Shown here: piece after piece, positions 1 through 13,483 of the stretch
Position numbering within the stretch: the first letter of the stretch is position 1
Layout: every line of letters starts with the position of its first letter
Assembly: GCF_000143415.4 (NCBI RefSeq)
Contig: NW_003314340.1
Span: 317,951 to 381,950, forward strand
Source of the DNA: Selaginella moellendorffii
Taxonomy: Eukaryota; Plantae; Lycopodiophyta
DNA length: 64,000 nucleotides
Direction of reading: 5' to 3'
The notes under the pieces: model-generated
Told to the model about the DNA's origin: nothing
Database searches by the model: none
Seen by the model: the letters and a program-made list of their open reading frames with translations, nothing else
Made by a program: the position numbers and the translations under genes

Positions 1-35
1 AAAAAAACAGAAAGTTCAGAAGAGAGCAACTAGCC

Positions 36-857
36 TGTACTTATTTTTCCCTTAAGCAATGGAAAATGGGCATTGCTTATGAGAGAGCTTTAGTGGTATT
101 TTATCCCCATTTATCCCCCAAGGTTCTAAAGATTTACGGTGACAGTATATCTAAATTTTATCTTATGATCACATACACTACACTCACCCCCCCTTTAAAG
201 ATGTCAATGTCGTCATTAACTATTAATTAACAACCCTTACTAAGCCAAGGGGAACCAGCACTTCCATTTCCGTACCTCCCCCTTTAGAGATGTCAATGTT
301 TTCATTAACTATTCACTAACAACCCTTACTGAGCCAAGGGGAACCAATGCCTCCATTTCCGCACTAAATTTACCAATGTTTTCATTAACTATTCACTAAC
401 AACCCCTACTGAGCCAAGGGGAACCAATGCCTCCATTTCCGCACTAAATTTACCAATGTTTCCATTGTATAGACTAGTTATTCCATATGAGGTAACTAGT
501 CATCCACTCGTACTATAGTCCCACGGTGGATACCTTTGTCTGGGATGCTCTAGAAGGGGAAGGATGTACATATGGATGTTCAATATGTACGATTTTCAAA
601 TTTTAGGGGTAGAAATATATTTTGCTCAAGGGTATATTATATTTGAAGTAGCCATTAATCAATGGAAATGAATTGAACCTATGCCATTTTTTCTAATACC
701 ACATGTAACACACTCCCCCCTTAAGCCAACTGGAAAAGGGGTAATTGCTTGATGAGAGAGCCCTTAGTGGCTATTTTATCCCCATTTATCCCCCAAGGTT
801 CCAAAGATTCACGGTGACAGTATATCCAAATCTCATCTCATAATCATATATGTTACA
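36..857 (-). mobile_element. TRIM (terminal-repeat retrotransposon in miniature), ~820 bp, non-coding
   Basis: Two diverged ~150-bp direct repeats (36-182, 704-857), each TG...CA. On the minus strand a PBS-like TGGTATTAGA follows the 704-857 LTR and a G-rich PPT (AAAGGGGGGGTGAG) precedes the 36-182 LTR. The internal part has ~80-bp tandem repeats. No matching TSD (tagcc vs tccat). Confidence 0.7.
200..460. repeat. Three ~80-90 bp tandem repeats inside the TRIM
   Basis: Unit aatgttttcattaactattcactaacaacccttactgagccaaggggaacc... at ~207, ~296 and ~376. Confidence 0.85.
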
Positions 858-1684
858 TCCATTTGTTATCCATCTTCTATTGCTATATTTTGTGTTATTT
901 CAATTGCTATTTTCTTTTTCAAATGTAATATTTTATATAGTCCTTATGTTTTTCTTGTGTCATTTGGCAGTGTGAAATGTGTAGGACAGGAATTTCCATG
1001 TTTGTTTTATGCTTCTATAATTATATCTTTACCTTGTATATTTTGTATTATTTTTTGTTATGTTTTCTTACTTGTTCATTGTAGCGCACATGAATTTGGA
1101 GCCGAACTCCAAGCCCGTTACACTACGAAATGAGGGTCCGGTACAATCCCACGAGCACCAACTCTCTGTATCTAGCACCTGCACAAAAAATGGTGTCAGG
1201 CGGAGTCTGGCACAATTTTGGCATACCAGTGGCCAAACGCGAGGAGGAGGGTACCCCACCGACTAGAGCAGCGTGGAGTTTAGGCTTAGACCCAAGTCGA
1301 ACGTAGAACAAGGAGCGACACAGCCCAGCGGGAGCCAAACTAATGTCTCAAGTGGTCAGACATACATTCCAACCACTATCCCTACTATATATTTAGAACC
1401 CCCCACAACTGGCAGATTATTACTAGCATTATAAATTGGCAGATTAAGTTGTTTACACGACCACACCCCTTTTCCAAAAGTGAGGCATCGAGAGAGAAGT
1501 GGGGACTTGTGATCAGTCTATAATAATTATCCCCATGGTTATGGATTGGACCCATGCATCAAAGTGCCAAAGTCAGCCTACCAAAACTGACCCAAGTACT
1601 AATGAGTGAGAGAAACAACACTTTTGATTGATAGAAATATATAACTTTATTAATTTGCAAGATTTATTACAAGGTTTATAAAAG

Positions 1685-4600
1685 TTATTGTATATTACGA
1701 TTCTCATACTCTGTGACAAGCTCACGAGCATGTGTAAGATTCCTAAGAGGCTCCCAAGTTGATTCACAAGATGGGTAACCTTTCCACTTAACTAAATATT
1801 CCTTGGTTCGACCACCACGTGCCTTACGGGATAAAAGGATAGCATCAACCTCATACTCTGGTTCACCATCAATAACATCTGGAGCTAGACGAACATCCTG
1901 AGAGCGGCCAGGATCCTCATGATATGGGGCTAGTAAACTAACATAAAGGCTAGGCATCTCTTGTGGAATATCCAATTGATAGGAGACATCACCCGATGGG
2001 GTCCAACATATCTCGGCAAGAGCTTCAGAGACAAAAAGCCCTTAATGTTCAAGTTCTGGGAAGATAGCCACACCTGATCTCCCACTTGATAGGATACATC
2101 CTAAAGATGCTAATCCTTATCACGTCGATACCTATCCTAAGCTTTGCCCATCGCCTCAGTAGCTTGAGACCAACCTTGGTGTAGCTGCTCCGCATAAGTC
2201 TCAACGGTTGGGACCAACACTTCAGTCATTGGTTTCGGTACAACAATCTGTTGAGGAACCCCACGAGCATTCCCTTGCAGCATCTCCCATAGAGAACAGC
2301 CTATAGCGCTATGAAATGTGTTGTTATAACAGATTTCTACTATATCCAAATGCTCAACCCAGTTGCATTGGTCCGCTGTGATATAGTATCACAGATAATC
2401 CTCAACTTGAGCATTCACACGTTCAGTCTACCCATCAGTTTGAGGATGATAAGCCGTACTAAATTTCAACTTGGTACCAAACAACTGGAACAATGTCCCC
2501 CAAAACTTTCCCATAAACCTCGAATCTCTATTTGAGATCATCTCTTCAGGAAGACCACGAACCCGCACTACTTCATGGAAAAAGAGCTTTGCTACTTGTT
2601 TCGCATTTATTGTTCCCACAGTTGGAATGAAGTGTGCAATCTTCGACAACCGATCCACAACCACCATCAAAGTATCATAACCTTTAGACTTCGGCAAGCA
2701 AGTGATGAAATCAAGTGTCACACTCTGAAATGGCCATGTTGGTGTTGGAATGCACTGCAACTTTTCAGCCTGCTTATCAGTTTTAAGCTTATATTATTGG
2801 CATATAGGGCAGGAACGGACATAATCCACTACATCACCTTCCATACCAGACCAGAAAAATCCCCTTTTCAATGAAGTTAGAGTCTTTTGCTTCCCACCAT
2901 ATCCCGCTGCCGGAACATCATGATGTTCCCACAAAAATAACTGCTGCAAATCCTTAGAGGGAAGATACAATCTTTCTTGCTTATAGAATATAAGCCCATC
3001 CCGAACTGAGAAGTGAAGCTTCACATTAGTGCAACTAGCAACTTTCGCTACTTCGATATCAGAGCTCTACTTCAACAACCCCGTACGGCATAAGATTGCC
3101 TTCGCCAATGGATCACTTCCATATGAAGCCCGAACGTCCTCTAACTAGTCTGAACTGATTGCCGATATTGCTTGGAATTGAGCCTGACGACTCAACGCAT
3201 CTGGAATAATATTGTCTTTACCAGGTTTTTATATGATTTCAATATCATATCTAGCAAGCTTCTCTTGCCAATGAGCTTGCTTTGGCGTAAGCTTAGGCTA
3301 CGTAGCAAAGTAGCTTAGTGTGTTACTATCTGTATAAACCTTGGTATGTCCACCCAAGTAATGTCTCCAGTGATCCAGGGCCGACACTATAGCAAACATC
3401 TCTTTCTCATGCGTTGGGCATCTTCGTTGAGTTTCATCCAATTTCTTGGAATAAAATGTAACGGGACAACCATGTCACCTTGGCATAACACCAACCGCTT
3501 TGTCACAATCTTGCTGCAACACGGCACCGATAGCATAGCCAGATGCATCACAATGCACTTCGAAGGGTTTATCAAGATCTAGGATCCTAAGAACAGGAAC
3601 CGTAATCAAGATTTCCTTCAACTATACAAAAGCATGTTGACAAGCTGGTGTCAGCATGAAACGGAATACTACTCTTCGTCAACTCAGTCAATGGAAGAGC
3701 AATTCTTGCAAAATTGCGGACAAACTTGCAATAGTATCCTACCAAACCGAGAAAGGAATGAACATCTGATACAGTGGTCAGGACTTCCCAGGACTTCACT
3801 GCTTCCACCTTCTTTGGATCAACCTCAATCACGCCACCACCAACTATATGTTCGAGAAAGTTTACGCGCAATTGACCAAAAGCGCATTTACTTTCCTTAG
3901 CATACAGTTTGTGTTCGCGCAACTTCTGAAACACCAGCTCCAAGTGTTTCAAATGATCTTCCAATGTTTCACTAAAGACTAGAACATCGTCGATATATAA
4001 GACAACAAATGTGTCCAAATAATTTCTGAATATTCTATCCATCATAGTGCTAAACGTCGCTGGAGCATTGTATAACCCGAACGCCATGACAAGGAACTCA
4101 TAAGATCCATACCGAGTCTTAAAGACTGTCTTCTCCACATCCTGATCCGTCACCCGTATCTGAAGATACCCAGACCACAAATCAAATCACGTAAAATACT
4201 TAGCCTTTAAGAGTTGGTCAAACAAGTCATCAATGCGTGGCAAAGGATAACGTTTTTTAACCGTGATCTTGTTGAGTGCTTGATAGTCAATACACATCCT
4301 CATGGTTCCATCCTTTCTCATAACAAAAAGGACCGGCACTCCATAAGGTGACTTGCTTGGTTGGATATGACTTTTGTCAAGAAGCTCCGTGAGTTGTTTC
4401 TTGAGTTCAGCCATCTCCTTGATGTTCAATTGATATAGAGCTTTCGTAGGTGGTTTAGAACGTGGAATAACCTCAATATGATGATCAACCTCATGGCTAG
4501 GAGGTAGCCCTGGTGGCAAATCCTTCGGGAAGATATCCTAATTCTTCACCAACAACTCTAATATCTTCTTTGGTATAGGATCAACTCCGTTACCAATACC

Positions 4601-6060
4601 CTCAGCTTCCACCACTTGAACCCAAAAGGTCTGACATCCCTTCTTAGCTGCTTTTTGAGAGACTCTCACAGTCAGAAACTTAACATCCCAATCCTTTGAG
4701 GAGCGCTTTTGCAACTGGAAGGACACATTAGGACATCCTTCTGACTTCAATGTGATACGACTTTGTCCAACACTATAAATCCCTTTTATATATTTGTTGA
4801 AGAAGTCCATACCAAACACCATATGAAAATCTAGTATCTTCAACACTCCCAAGTCCACTCTTTCTTTCCACTTGGATTTCTTTATTGGAATATCACTCAC
4901 AAACTTTCTGGCTACTTACCCACCTTCCACAAACCGGAAGTGCATAGGTGACATTTGCTTAGCATTCAATCCTAACAACTTAACCAAGTCTTCGGATATC
5001 ACACTGTGTATAGCTCCTATGTCAATCATCACTTGGATTCGGTGTCTATGGACAAAGCCTACCAGATACATCAATGGATCAATGTTTGTATTGACTATGA
5101 GAAAAGCTTGAGGAAAGCAACGAAAGTAACTCACCTCCTCTTCCTCATAGTCTGCATTGACCAACTCATCAACCCCTTCAGCTTCGCCACCACCGTCTTC
5201 CCTCATGACATTAACACGAGACCTTGTCTTATGCTTGTTGAGATATTTTGAGGACCTATGTCCCAACTCTTCACAATGGAAGCAATGACCCACACTACCC
5301 ATTCCACTAGGAGCAGGTTTTGCAAGTTGCTACTGCTTGTACACACCAGGAGGAGGAATAGAGGGCCTAGGACCAGAAGAAGCTGTTGGTGGTCTCCAAC
5401 CACCACCACCTTTGTTAACCGTTGTTTGTGAGCCTCTAGGGCGATACTTGCCTTCCACCCTCTATTTCCAGTCATCTTGTTTATTCCCAGAATTTTTATT
5501 CTTATCCGAGTTACCAGCATACGGTTGTTGATATTGTTCCATGAGCGAGTGACTAAAGGCAACTTGCTGCGTTGCCTCTTTACACTCCAAGTACGTCTTT
5601 GGCTTAAACTTCAAAATCTCATTGCGAGAAAGTGAACTTAAACCTTCTAGGAAATAGCTCCGAGCATCTTCGTCACTTATATTTGTAATCATAATGCACT
5701 TCTGAGCAAACGCATTAACGTGATGCATAAGGTCCCCTCGCTGCTTTAACCGCCGCAGCTCCACACGAAGTCTTAGACCAAGATCAGCATGCAAGTATTC
5801 CTTACGGATACGAGACCGCATCTTGGTCCAACTTCTAGTCTGCCCTTTTTCAGCACACACCTGGTGCCACCAAGTTTTGGCATGATTGGTGAGAAAGGAT
5901 TGCACACACGCAACTTTTGTACGATCATCTACGTCTGCTGTTATGAAATAGTTTTCCATATCATAGACCTAGTCTTCCAAAACCTGATAGTCCCGCATGC
6001 CTCTGAAATTGGGTCGTTTTGGAGGCTTGAACTTTGAAACTCATGCAACCGGGGGCAACT
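1685..6060 (-). mobile_element. Decayed Ty3/gypsy chromovirus gag-pol (gag, Zn knuckle, protease, RT, RNase H, integrase, chromodomain)
   Basis: ORF fragments in gypsy order on the minus strand: gag (MENYF..AKTWW), CFHCEELGH knuckle, protease VMIDIGA, RT ([24 protein letters not shown]), integrase (HHDVP..CPICQ, LDFIT, STAYHPQTDG) and chromodomain (EYEVDAIL..YLVKWKGYP). Many stops and frameshifts; LTRs not identified. Confidence 0.95.
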
Positions 6061-6084
6061 GTAGAACTTCATCGTCCTCAGAAC

Positions 6085-7130
6085 TTTGCATGTATTTTTC
6101 AATTAGTCCTAGTACTGCTATGTCTATTTCATCTTCTTGCATTTTGCAAGGTCTTATTTCATTTTTAAATGTTTTATCCGTTGTTTTTGTGGTTTAGTAT
6201 CAATGAATATTACAGTTCTAGACATATGACGAAATGGGATTAACAATATTAAAAAAATGTGCTTGTTGAATTGGCACTTCTCTACCATATATGAAGCTAT
6301 TTTCTAATAACTGACTTCTATTAAATGCATTTATTCTTTCTTCTTGGAATTTTTTAAATATAGTTGATAATATCTTTGTTGTTTCTATTTCAATACATGT
6401 AATGTATGATAAACAATATGATGTTGCTGCATATGGATCAAGAATTATTTGTATATCTACATTTGATTGCTATAGATTTGATAATTTGTTATTAAAAGTA
6501 TTTGTATTTATGTCTTTTGGTTTTTGTTTATAAATTTATTTTGTATTTATCAATATCCATCTTATAGCAGCTTTATATTGCTCATATGTTATTCCTATTA
6601 TTGTTAAATATTTATCAAACTCCAATTTTCTTAGATCTATAGTTTTATCTTTTAGTATTATTTTATTTTTTTTGTAAATTATTATACAAGAATTCTTTTC
6701 ATGTTTTGTAATGTCTTTGATAGGCTCTAAGATTTTTGATTATGGCATTGGATTGATTGGGTAATTAAATTTACAGTTTATATTTTTATATTTCTTACAT
6801 ATTTTTCTATGTTTATGAGTTTGAACATCTTATATTATCTGGTAGTTTCTATGAATTAGTACATATATTTTCATCAGTATATTTTTTTATTTGTTCTAAT
6901 GTTTTTGGTGGATTTTCTAATCATATTAGTGCATGTTCATGTGATGTACCACATTGTTGAAATTGTGTTACAAATACATGGTTTTTTCCTTTCCGTCCAA
7001 ATATGAGATAATTAAACATTAATGATTTTCTAAAAGTTGATGTTTTATATGCATAATATAGTATTGTGGTGATTGGATCAGCTCTTAGTATTTTATAAAA
7101 AAAATTCTAAATATTATTCTAAAAATTTTA
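6085..7130 (-). pseudogene. Helitron2/Helentron-type Rep (HUH-Y2) relic, very AT-rich
   Basis: Manual minus-strand translation gives, in order: LRADPITTILYY, FQQCGTSHEHALI*LENPP (HUH motif), VQTHKHRKIC..CKFNYP, SNVDIQIILDPYAATSYIV, FIYGREVPIQQA..RTVIFIDT, DIAVLGLIEKY. This is the Rep motif series of Helitron2/Helentron. Confidence 0.75.
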
Positions 7131-8455
7131 TAAAAAAAAAAGGATTTGCAAAGCATTGGTCCTCTTTTTGAAGGTATTCCTTGAAAATCTCTTACTACAT
7201 GACCCATCCAGCTGCTCAAGCACTGGACGTGGTTAGAAGAGAGATTGTCACTCTCCAGCACAAGATGTGTGATCGTCCCTCGTTTTTCTTTCTTTCTTCC
7301 TTTTGTTTTTCCTTTTCATTCATATAAGCTCCCACATGATAAGAAGCTCTTGAGTAATATCATGGCTGCACAACAGGAGTTTTTGCAGCTGGTTTCTCAG
7401 GTTTGGATTAGTAATTTGCCACTGGAAATGTAGAGTTTTTCAGGTTCAAAAATTGTACCAGAGCATACAAATGTAGGGGACAGTGGTGTCCCAAATCCTG
7501 TGAGACAACAGCTCCTCCAGTGCCTTAAACTTCTACTTCTGCCCAAAGAGAAGATTTCCATCACTACAAATCCATAGCAAGAGCATCTTTAGGCTCTATT
7601 AACAGTGGCGGCCCTAGATGAGGTAGCTGAGTCCAAAGAAAGTTGTTTGAAATGCTGAGTGAGATATCTTCGACCAGGCAGGATGATTCCACAAAACAAG
7701 TAATGTTGTTCTTGCCATGGAGACTGGTATCTAGCTTGATGTTTTTACTTTACACAGTTGGCTGTGGAAGACCTCCCACGTCCAATAACAAGTCCTTGAA
7801 AAGTTGGTGGACTCAAAGATGGTTTGAAGTAATTTATAACTTTATTTCTCATTGGGATATTTTTTTATATACCTTGATGTAGGTTCTACTTAAAAGGATT
7901 TCTTTTGAGCTACTATAGGGTGAAGGAGAGCTCAACATTGCCAGAGATGGATATCCAAGGCAAAGAACCAAAGCAAACCTTTGATGTATGTGTGCCTTCC
8001 CGTTTAACTTTCTTCTAAGCTACTTTGTTTTTCTCTTATCCAGTAGGAGCAAGGTCATTCAAAAGCCTCACTAGGGCGACAAGAGCCTTAGTTTTACAAA
8101 CTACAACCTCAGTGACAAAGAGATGTCAAAGATACAAGGACACTTAGTGACCATGTCCATGTCTCTGAAGGTCACCCTTGAAAGACTTGACTTTTTCATA
8201 AGTATAAAGTATGCAATGTGAAGTGCCATCCCTATTAGCATTTTATTGATGCTACAAGAGAATATGATTCAAGGAAAAAGGTACGTACCATGAAGTTCTG
8301 CCGCTAATGGTATGCTTTCTAGATCCTCTCTGTTAGACAGCTTCTCTGTGCTTTTCAAATTTGAGTCCTGGCTCAAATTTTTGACTGCCACAATGATTTT
8401 GCTGATGGCTTTTCCAACCCTTTTGCCAAGAGCACTACAAGAGCGTACACGGCTC

Positions 8456-8729
8456 GGGCGCGGACCATACTTGAGCTCACGAGTTGAAGAGTTGAGCTCA
8501 CGAGTTGAGCTCAATTTTTAATTGTAATTTAGTATAAACATTATAAATTTTAAAATTTTAAGGTTATGGTGAACCTAATAATTTAATAGATAATAATGTT
8601 CTAAAGAACACTTTTTGTTCTAATAATTTAAATATTTACTACATGCAATGATAGGGACATTTGTTAGAATATAAAATAAAATGTTTGCAAAAAGAGTATT
8701 CTTGTCACTTCTTTAAATTTGTACTTTAT
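8456..8729 (+). repeat. Terminal sequence (~275 bp), near-identical inverted copy at 33876-34168
   Basis: The reverse complement of 33876-34168 matches almost base for base, apart from a ~18-bp indel and a few substitutions. Contains three GAGCTC-centred TTGAGCTCA motifs. Confidence 0.95.
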
Positions 8730-9593
8730 GCTTTCTGGCTAGTAAATGTTAGGTTTTTCAGAATTAAAAAATTATTAAATTTGAAATTAGATTCTATATA
8801 AAGCCATATAACCGTTTGAAAGGAAAAAAAATAACCGTTGATGTAAGCTTATTGCATATAAAAGAAAGACTTGGTTTTTTGTAGAATACATTCTTGAGGG
8901 GTTTGTCATAGCATACTGTCTAGAATTTATAGATCTTCATTCACACTCTTATTCGAAAAAAGGGAAATACACCCACAAATGTCTATGGGTTCTAGTGTTG
9001 GTAATTTTAACTTTCATAATCTTTCTTCCTAAGGTTCAAGGGCTAGGAGATGCAATAACTATCCCATTGCACAGCATAACCAAATCACACAAGAAAATGA
9101 AAGAGAGGATAGTGAGGATAGTGATCATGAGTTGGAGATAAATGCAATGACAGAGGGTGCAACAAATTGGGTGAAAAAGAATGCCTTCTTACTTGTTTTA
9201 GAAAAGTGCAATTCTGCCACTTTCAAGAAGTGCCCCATATATTTTCTAGCGTTTGGTGGAAACAATGGCAATGATCAGTATAATGGTATATATGCTCTTG
9301 CGACACACTACAACATCACGCACCCAAAAGACTACTATGAAATCTTTTTTGAGATGGTAAAGACAGAAATGGAGACACACGAGTACTATGGGCAGTATTG
9401 CAAGAAGAACACTCGGAAGCATATAAAATGAAAAGTGAAATGAAAAAGCACATTTTTATTAATTATATAAAGTATAATAAGTTTTATTGATAGAGAATAA
9501 ACATCGATAGTGTTGGAGAAATCTAATTAGCTCCAAAAGTTTTCTGCAACTCAGCAATAGTAAGGCTTGCTTGGTGTATATGAATATAGGATC

Positions 9594-12380
9594 CTAGTGC
9601 AAGATGTTGATGAAGATGTAGTACATATGCTTGCAAGGAGCATATGCCTTCCCATGTTCCTCGCGCTTCGTAAAGTCTGGACATGTGCAAGAAGGAAAGT
9701 TGTGAATGGCAATTGTGTACTCTCCACCTTCTGTTTTGACTGTGTACTCCTTTGCAAGTGTAGTGATGTACTTCGTGGAGATAATCTCACACTCAAATGT
9801 TTGAGCCAAGTTTATTTTACCTTGCTTCTGCTTGGAGACGGTACCAATAAATTTAACTGCCTTACCTTTTCGTGCTGGCCTCATGTGCATCTCTGTAGGA
9901 ATAGTCTTACTCCTATCACTCATGTCTCCAACTCTCCTCTCAATATTAAAACCAGATTTCTCAAGGTTTTCAATCTCATCCGAGGTGAGCGCGACCCCAT
10001 TAGCAACTGGCCATTCTTTAGGTACTGCATCAGGTTTAGTCACTATAGTGTTTTCAAGCCGCTTCGTATGGTTGGCGTCGGTGTTGCAACAATATAGCCA
10101 GCACCATCTTGAAAATCCTACTTGCTTTCGTTCCCCATAGAAACATGGGGCTGGAATAGAAGCAAATTTTTCACCACAAATCCAGGCCCAACACTTGCCC
10201 CTCGGAAGCATCCCCACACACCTTACATTTGATTTTCCTGGCACGCGTCAAATTGCCCATTGCTTCGGCTCCACGCTACGGTAAGCAATTTCAACCTGTT
10301 GCGATGCACTCTCTTCATCAGCCACTTGAGGTGGCTCGGTCCAAGAGCGGTGTCTTGGAGCAGAATGGTACTCGACATCAGGCCTGTGAGAGCTTTTTGC
10401 TCCAAGGTCCGTACCAACATCTTCCCCAGCAAAGGAAAAATGACGCTTTGAGCGGACAGTCTTCATATCACCAATAGAAGCTCGGGGAGTGTATTCCATA
10501 GATGTGCCATGGACCACTTCCTTAACTGTAGTTGCCACTGTTCGGGTAGGTGGAGTTAATTTTCTCTTCATCCTATCATGTAACATCTCAACAGAAGGCC
10601 CTGTTCCCATGTATCTTCCTTCCTAGAATGCCAGTGCTTTTGAAGATTGCTCTATAGCACGTATCAAATCTGATAGATAGGCTTTGTATAGACTCATCTT
10701 CCCTTTCCCTGCCTCAGAGGAACGCCAACTCCAATGCTTACATTCGGAGAGATTCACAGTTGGGGTGTATGCGAGGTCCTCAAGTGGTTGATCCTAATGG
10801 AAAAGGCAATATTAAAAGGTAATAAAAGGAGAAGAAAAAATATAAACCAACCTGGAAAGAGTGATGTCCCCATTGGAATATCTTAACTTCCCACCATCTT
10901 AACCATGACTCAAGTTGTGGTAGGCAACTTATGTCTGTATGGCCATCTTCACGCCACCACATTTGGATCTTGTTTGCTTTTGCCTCATGCTCTTCTTCAG
11001 AAGGTGCAACCTGCCATTGTTTGCACAACTCTTTAAATATTGATTGAAACTTTGACTTGATAAGGTGGCAGTGTTGGTTTAGGCTTTGAGCCCAATGGAA
11101 CTCACAAGTCCTCTCACGACCTTCCAATGGTTGATTATTCCCAAAAACTACTCAGATACCATTCTAGTTTGCATCAGCCCCATCTGCCATGAAACCACGA
11201 AAGTTTGCAGGCTTACCAGTCTGCTTTAGGACAATATCAGAGAGGGACTTCCAAAATATTTCCTGTGCTGTCTGGTCTTGTACTTTAAACTCTGCTGTCG
11301 CAATTGTTAAGTTACAACGTAGCCTATGAAAACATAAATATTATAACAATTTTAATATAATGAGAATAAAAATTACCTTGGATCATACACATGAGCTCCC
11401 ATGGTTGTCCAATCGGATACACACTCCATATGGTCAAAATGTACCCATGCATTTGCAAGGTCACTAGACCCAAACATGTCCATTTGGGAGACAAGATCTA
11501 CGCCAGAGGTAGGGCCCATAGTAAACATTTTGAAGACGAAGGAGTGCTCTTGCTCATTCACAACTTGGTCTGGAAATAAACTTCCTTGGATGAACTTGTA
11601 TGGACAAGTCCGTTTCAATTCAAGGATGGAGTCAATTTTTGATTGCAACTTCCCTTCTCGAGATTCACACATCCAAGATTTTATCCTAAACAATATAATG
11701 TAAGAAAAAATTATTATTATAATGTATGAAAAATAATGGATGTACCTCCTTAGGCTAGTAGCAGGTTGTACTCCTCGTAGTAAGTCCCGCAAGCTAGCCT
11801 CGTTTAGTTGAGTTTTTTGGCAACTTGGATTGAGTAAGGTATTTGCAATAAAATCCTTGAGGATGGTCTTCTGAACATGCTTCGGAGTTGTAGATGAGTT
11901 TCTCATAGTCTCTTCCTATACAACATCTTTGAAACGGTTGAGAGAACTCCTTCGTATCCCTTCCTACATTGGATGCATATGTGTGCCAACATGCACTGCA
12001 GGTCTTCCAGCCACTCCATCCCGTGGAAGAAAGTAGTACATCTTGGCCTCGCAGATAGCATGACATAGAGGAGCATTTTTGCAGAATCAACATTTGAATC
12101 CAACAACAATGGTGTCACAAGCTAGCGGATTGACTGTAGACCCTTCGAAAAATATAGAGTTTCTAGAGCGGTCTCGATTGCATGCTTCATCCACACAATC
12201 TAAATGCCCGCCACAATAGACACTGTGCCTTCAAAATGTTGGAAGTGTGTGGTCTTGATCTTGCACTAATTGTGGACATCCTGTTTGGTTTCCATCCCCT
12301 TCCGTTTGGAACCTATGCTACTGACAAGAGGTGGTAGCTCGAAGAAAATGTTGCCGTTGTAGGAGGATGGAAGCTCACTC
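9594..12380 (-). pseudogene. MULE/Mutator-family DDE transposase with N-terminal GCM/WRKY-like Zn finger and C-terminal SWIM finger (spliced, with stops)
   Basis: KC*FCKNAPLCHAICEAKMYY..HVGTHMHP (Zn finger); WVHFDH (D1); FRGFMADGADAN (D2); TCEFHW (CxxH); TPTVNLSECKH (E); SWIM CTCPDF..PCKHMYYI. Short introns near 11325-11376 and 10780-10851. 5' boundary approximate. Confidence 0.85.
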
Positions 12381-13296
12381 ACAAGCCTATACAAAAACAA
12401 GTGCACGTCAATTGAGAGGCGTGAAAACTGGCATTGCTAACGGCTTTGAATATTGTTGAAGTTGGAGTTGGAGTTGGAGTTGGAGCTGGAGCTGGAGCTG
12501 GTGAATTTGGCGCTGACACTAGCATGACATCTCCACTTGAACTAAAAGAGGACAAGAGGATAATGAATGACTCTTGCTTCACATTCACTTTCGCTAGAGC
12601 GCATTTTGGCATTTTGACTGGAGATCTGAACACTCGAATCTCCTTCGACTTGGAATTTTGTAAATCCCATTGTTGTCCACCCTTGCCCACACCAAAAAGA
12701 AGAAACTCCGAGTATGCAACTATACCGGTGTCGTTGCGGATCACAGCCTCTAAAGAAGTAGAGCCAAGACGAAGATCAAAACGTCGACATAAAAAACTTT
12801 CAAAAACAATACTCTGAGAGAATGAAAGAGGTGGGTGATTTCGAAAATGAAGAAGAAACCTCTCCATCCTTCTCAATAGGTTTTGGAGTTCTCTCTCTTT
12901 ATGCTACTTGTAAAAATCTATAGTGAAACATAATTGAAATTTAAATAGAGTAATAAGAAGATAACGTACAAAATGAATTTAAATTCTATAGCAAATTTAA
13001 CATGTGTAAGTGTGACAATATTAATATTACTGTCATCTATTATGATGTCTGATGCATGTATACACATAGATCCAAGGAAAGATTTTCAGCATGTGAAGTT
13101 TGATAGTTAATAATCATACTAGTAATGACATTCTGCTATAACGTGTCAAACCAAGAGATCCAATCTAACTATCAGCACGTGTGATATGTCAAGTTGTCAA
13201 ATTTTAAGTGGTAGATGATAATAAATCTTGTCAAATCTTATTCTTCAAAGTATGAGGTGGCTGGCCTGAGCCAAAACTGAAGTGTTTGAGGTGGCT

Positions 13297-13400
13297 GGCC
13301 CGAGCTCGACCTCGGGCACTTTAGGGGCCAGAGGGGCCGAGGTTATTTGAATAACCTCGGCCCCCTGGGCAACCAAAGTGCCCGAGGTAGAGTCTAGGCC
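13297..13400. repeat. ~104-bp GC-rich imperfect palindrome (hairpin)
   Basis: Perfect 15-bp inner stem GGGGCCGAGGTTATT-tg-AATAACCTCGGCCCC, plus an outer stem CCTCGGGCACTTT/AAAGTGCCCGAGG. Confidence 0.9.
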
Positions 13401-13483
13401 CACTTTATTTTTTTTTTCTCTTTGACTGTTTGAATTTCTCATTATCTTTATTTAGTTTGACTAAAAAAATTTTTCTCTTGCAG

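Noticed and set aside
7200-8447. Decayed spliced coding-like sequence interrupted by element A
   Set aside because: Splice-like signals are present, but there is no recognisable domain and many stops.
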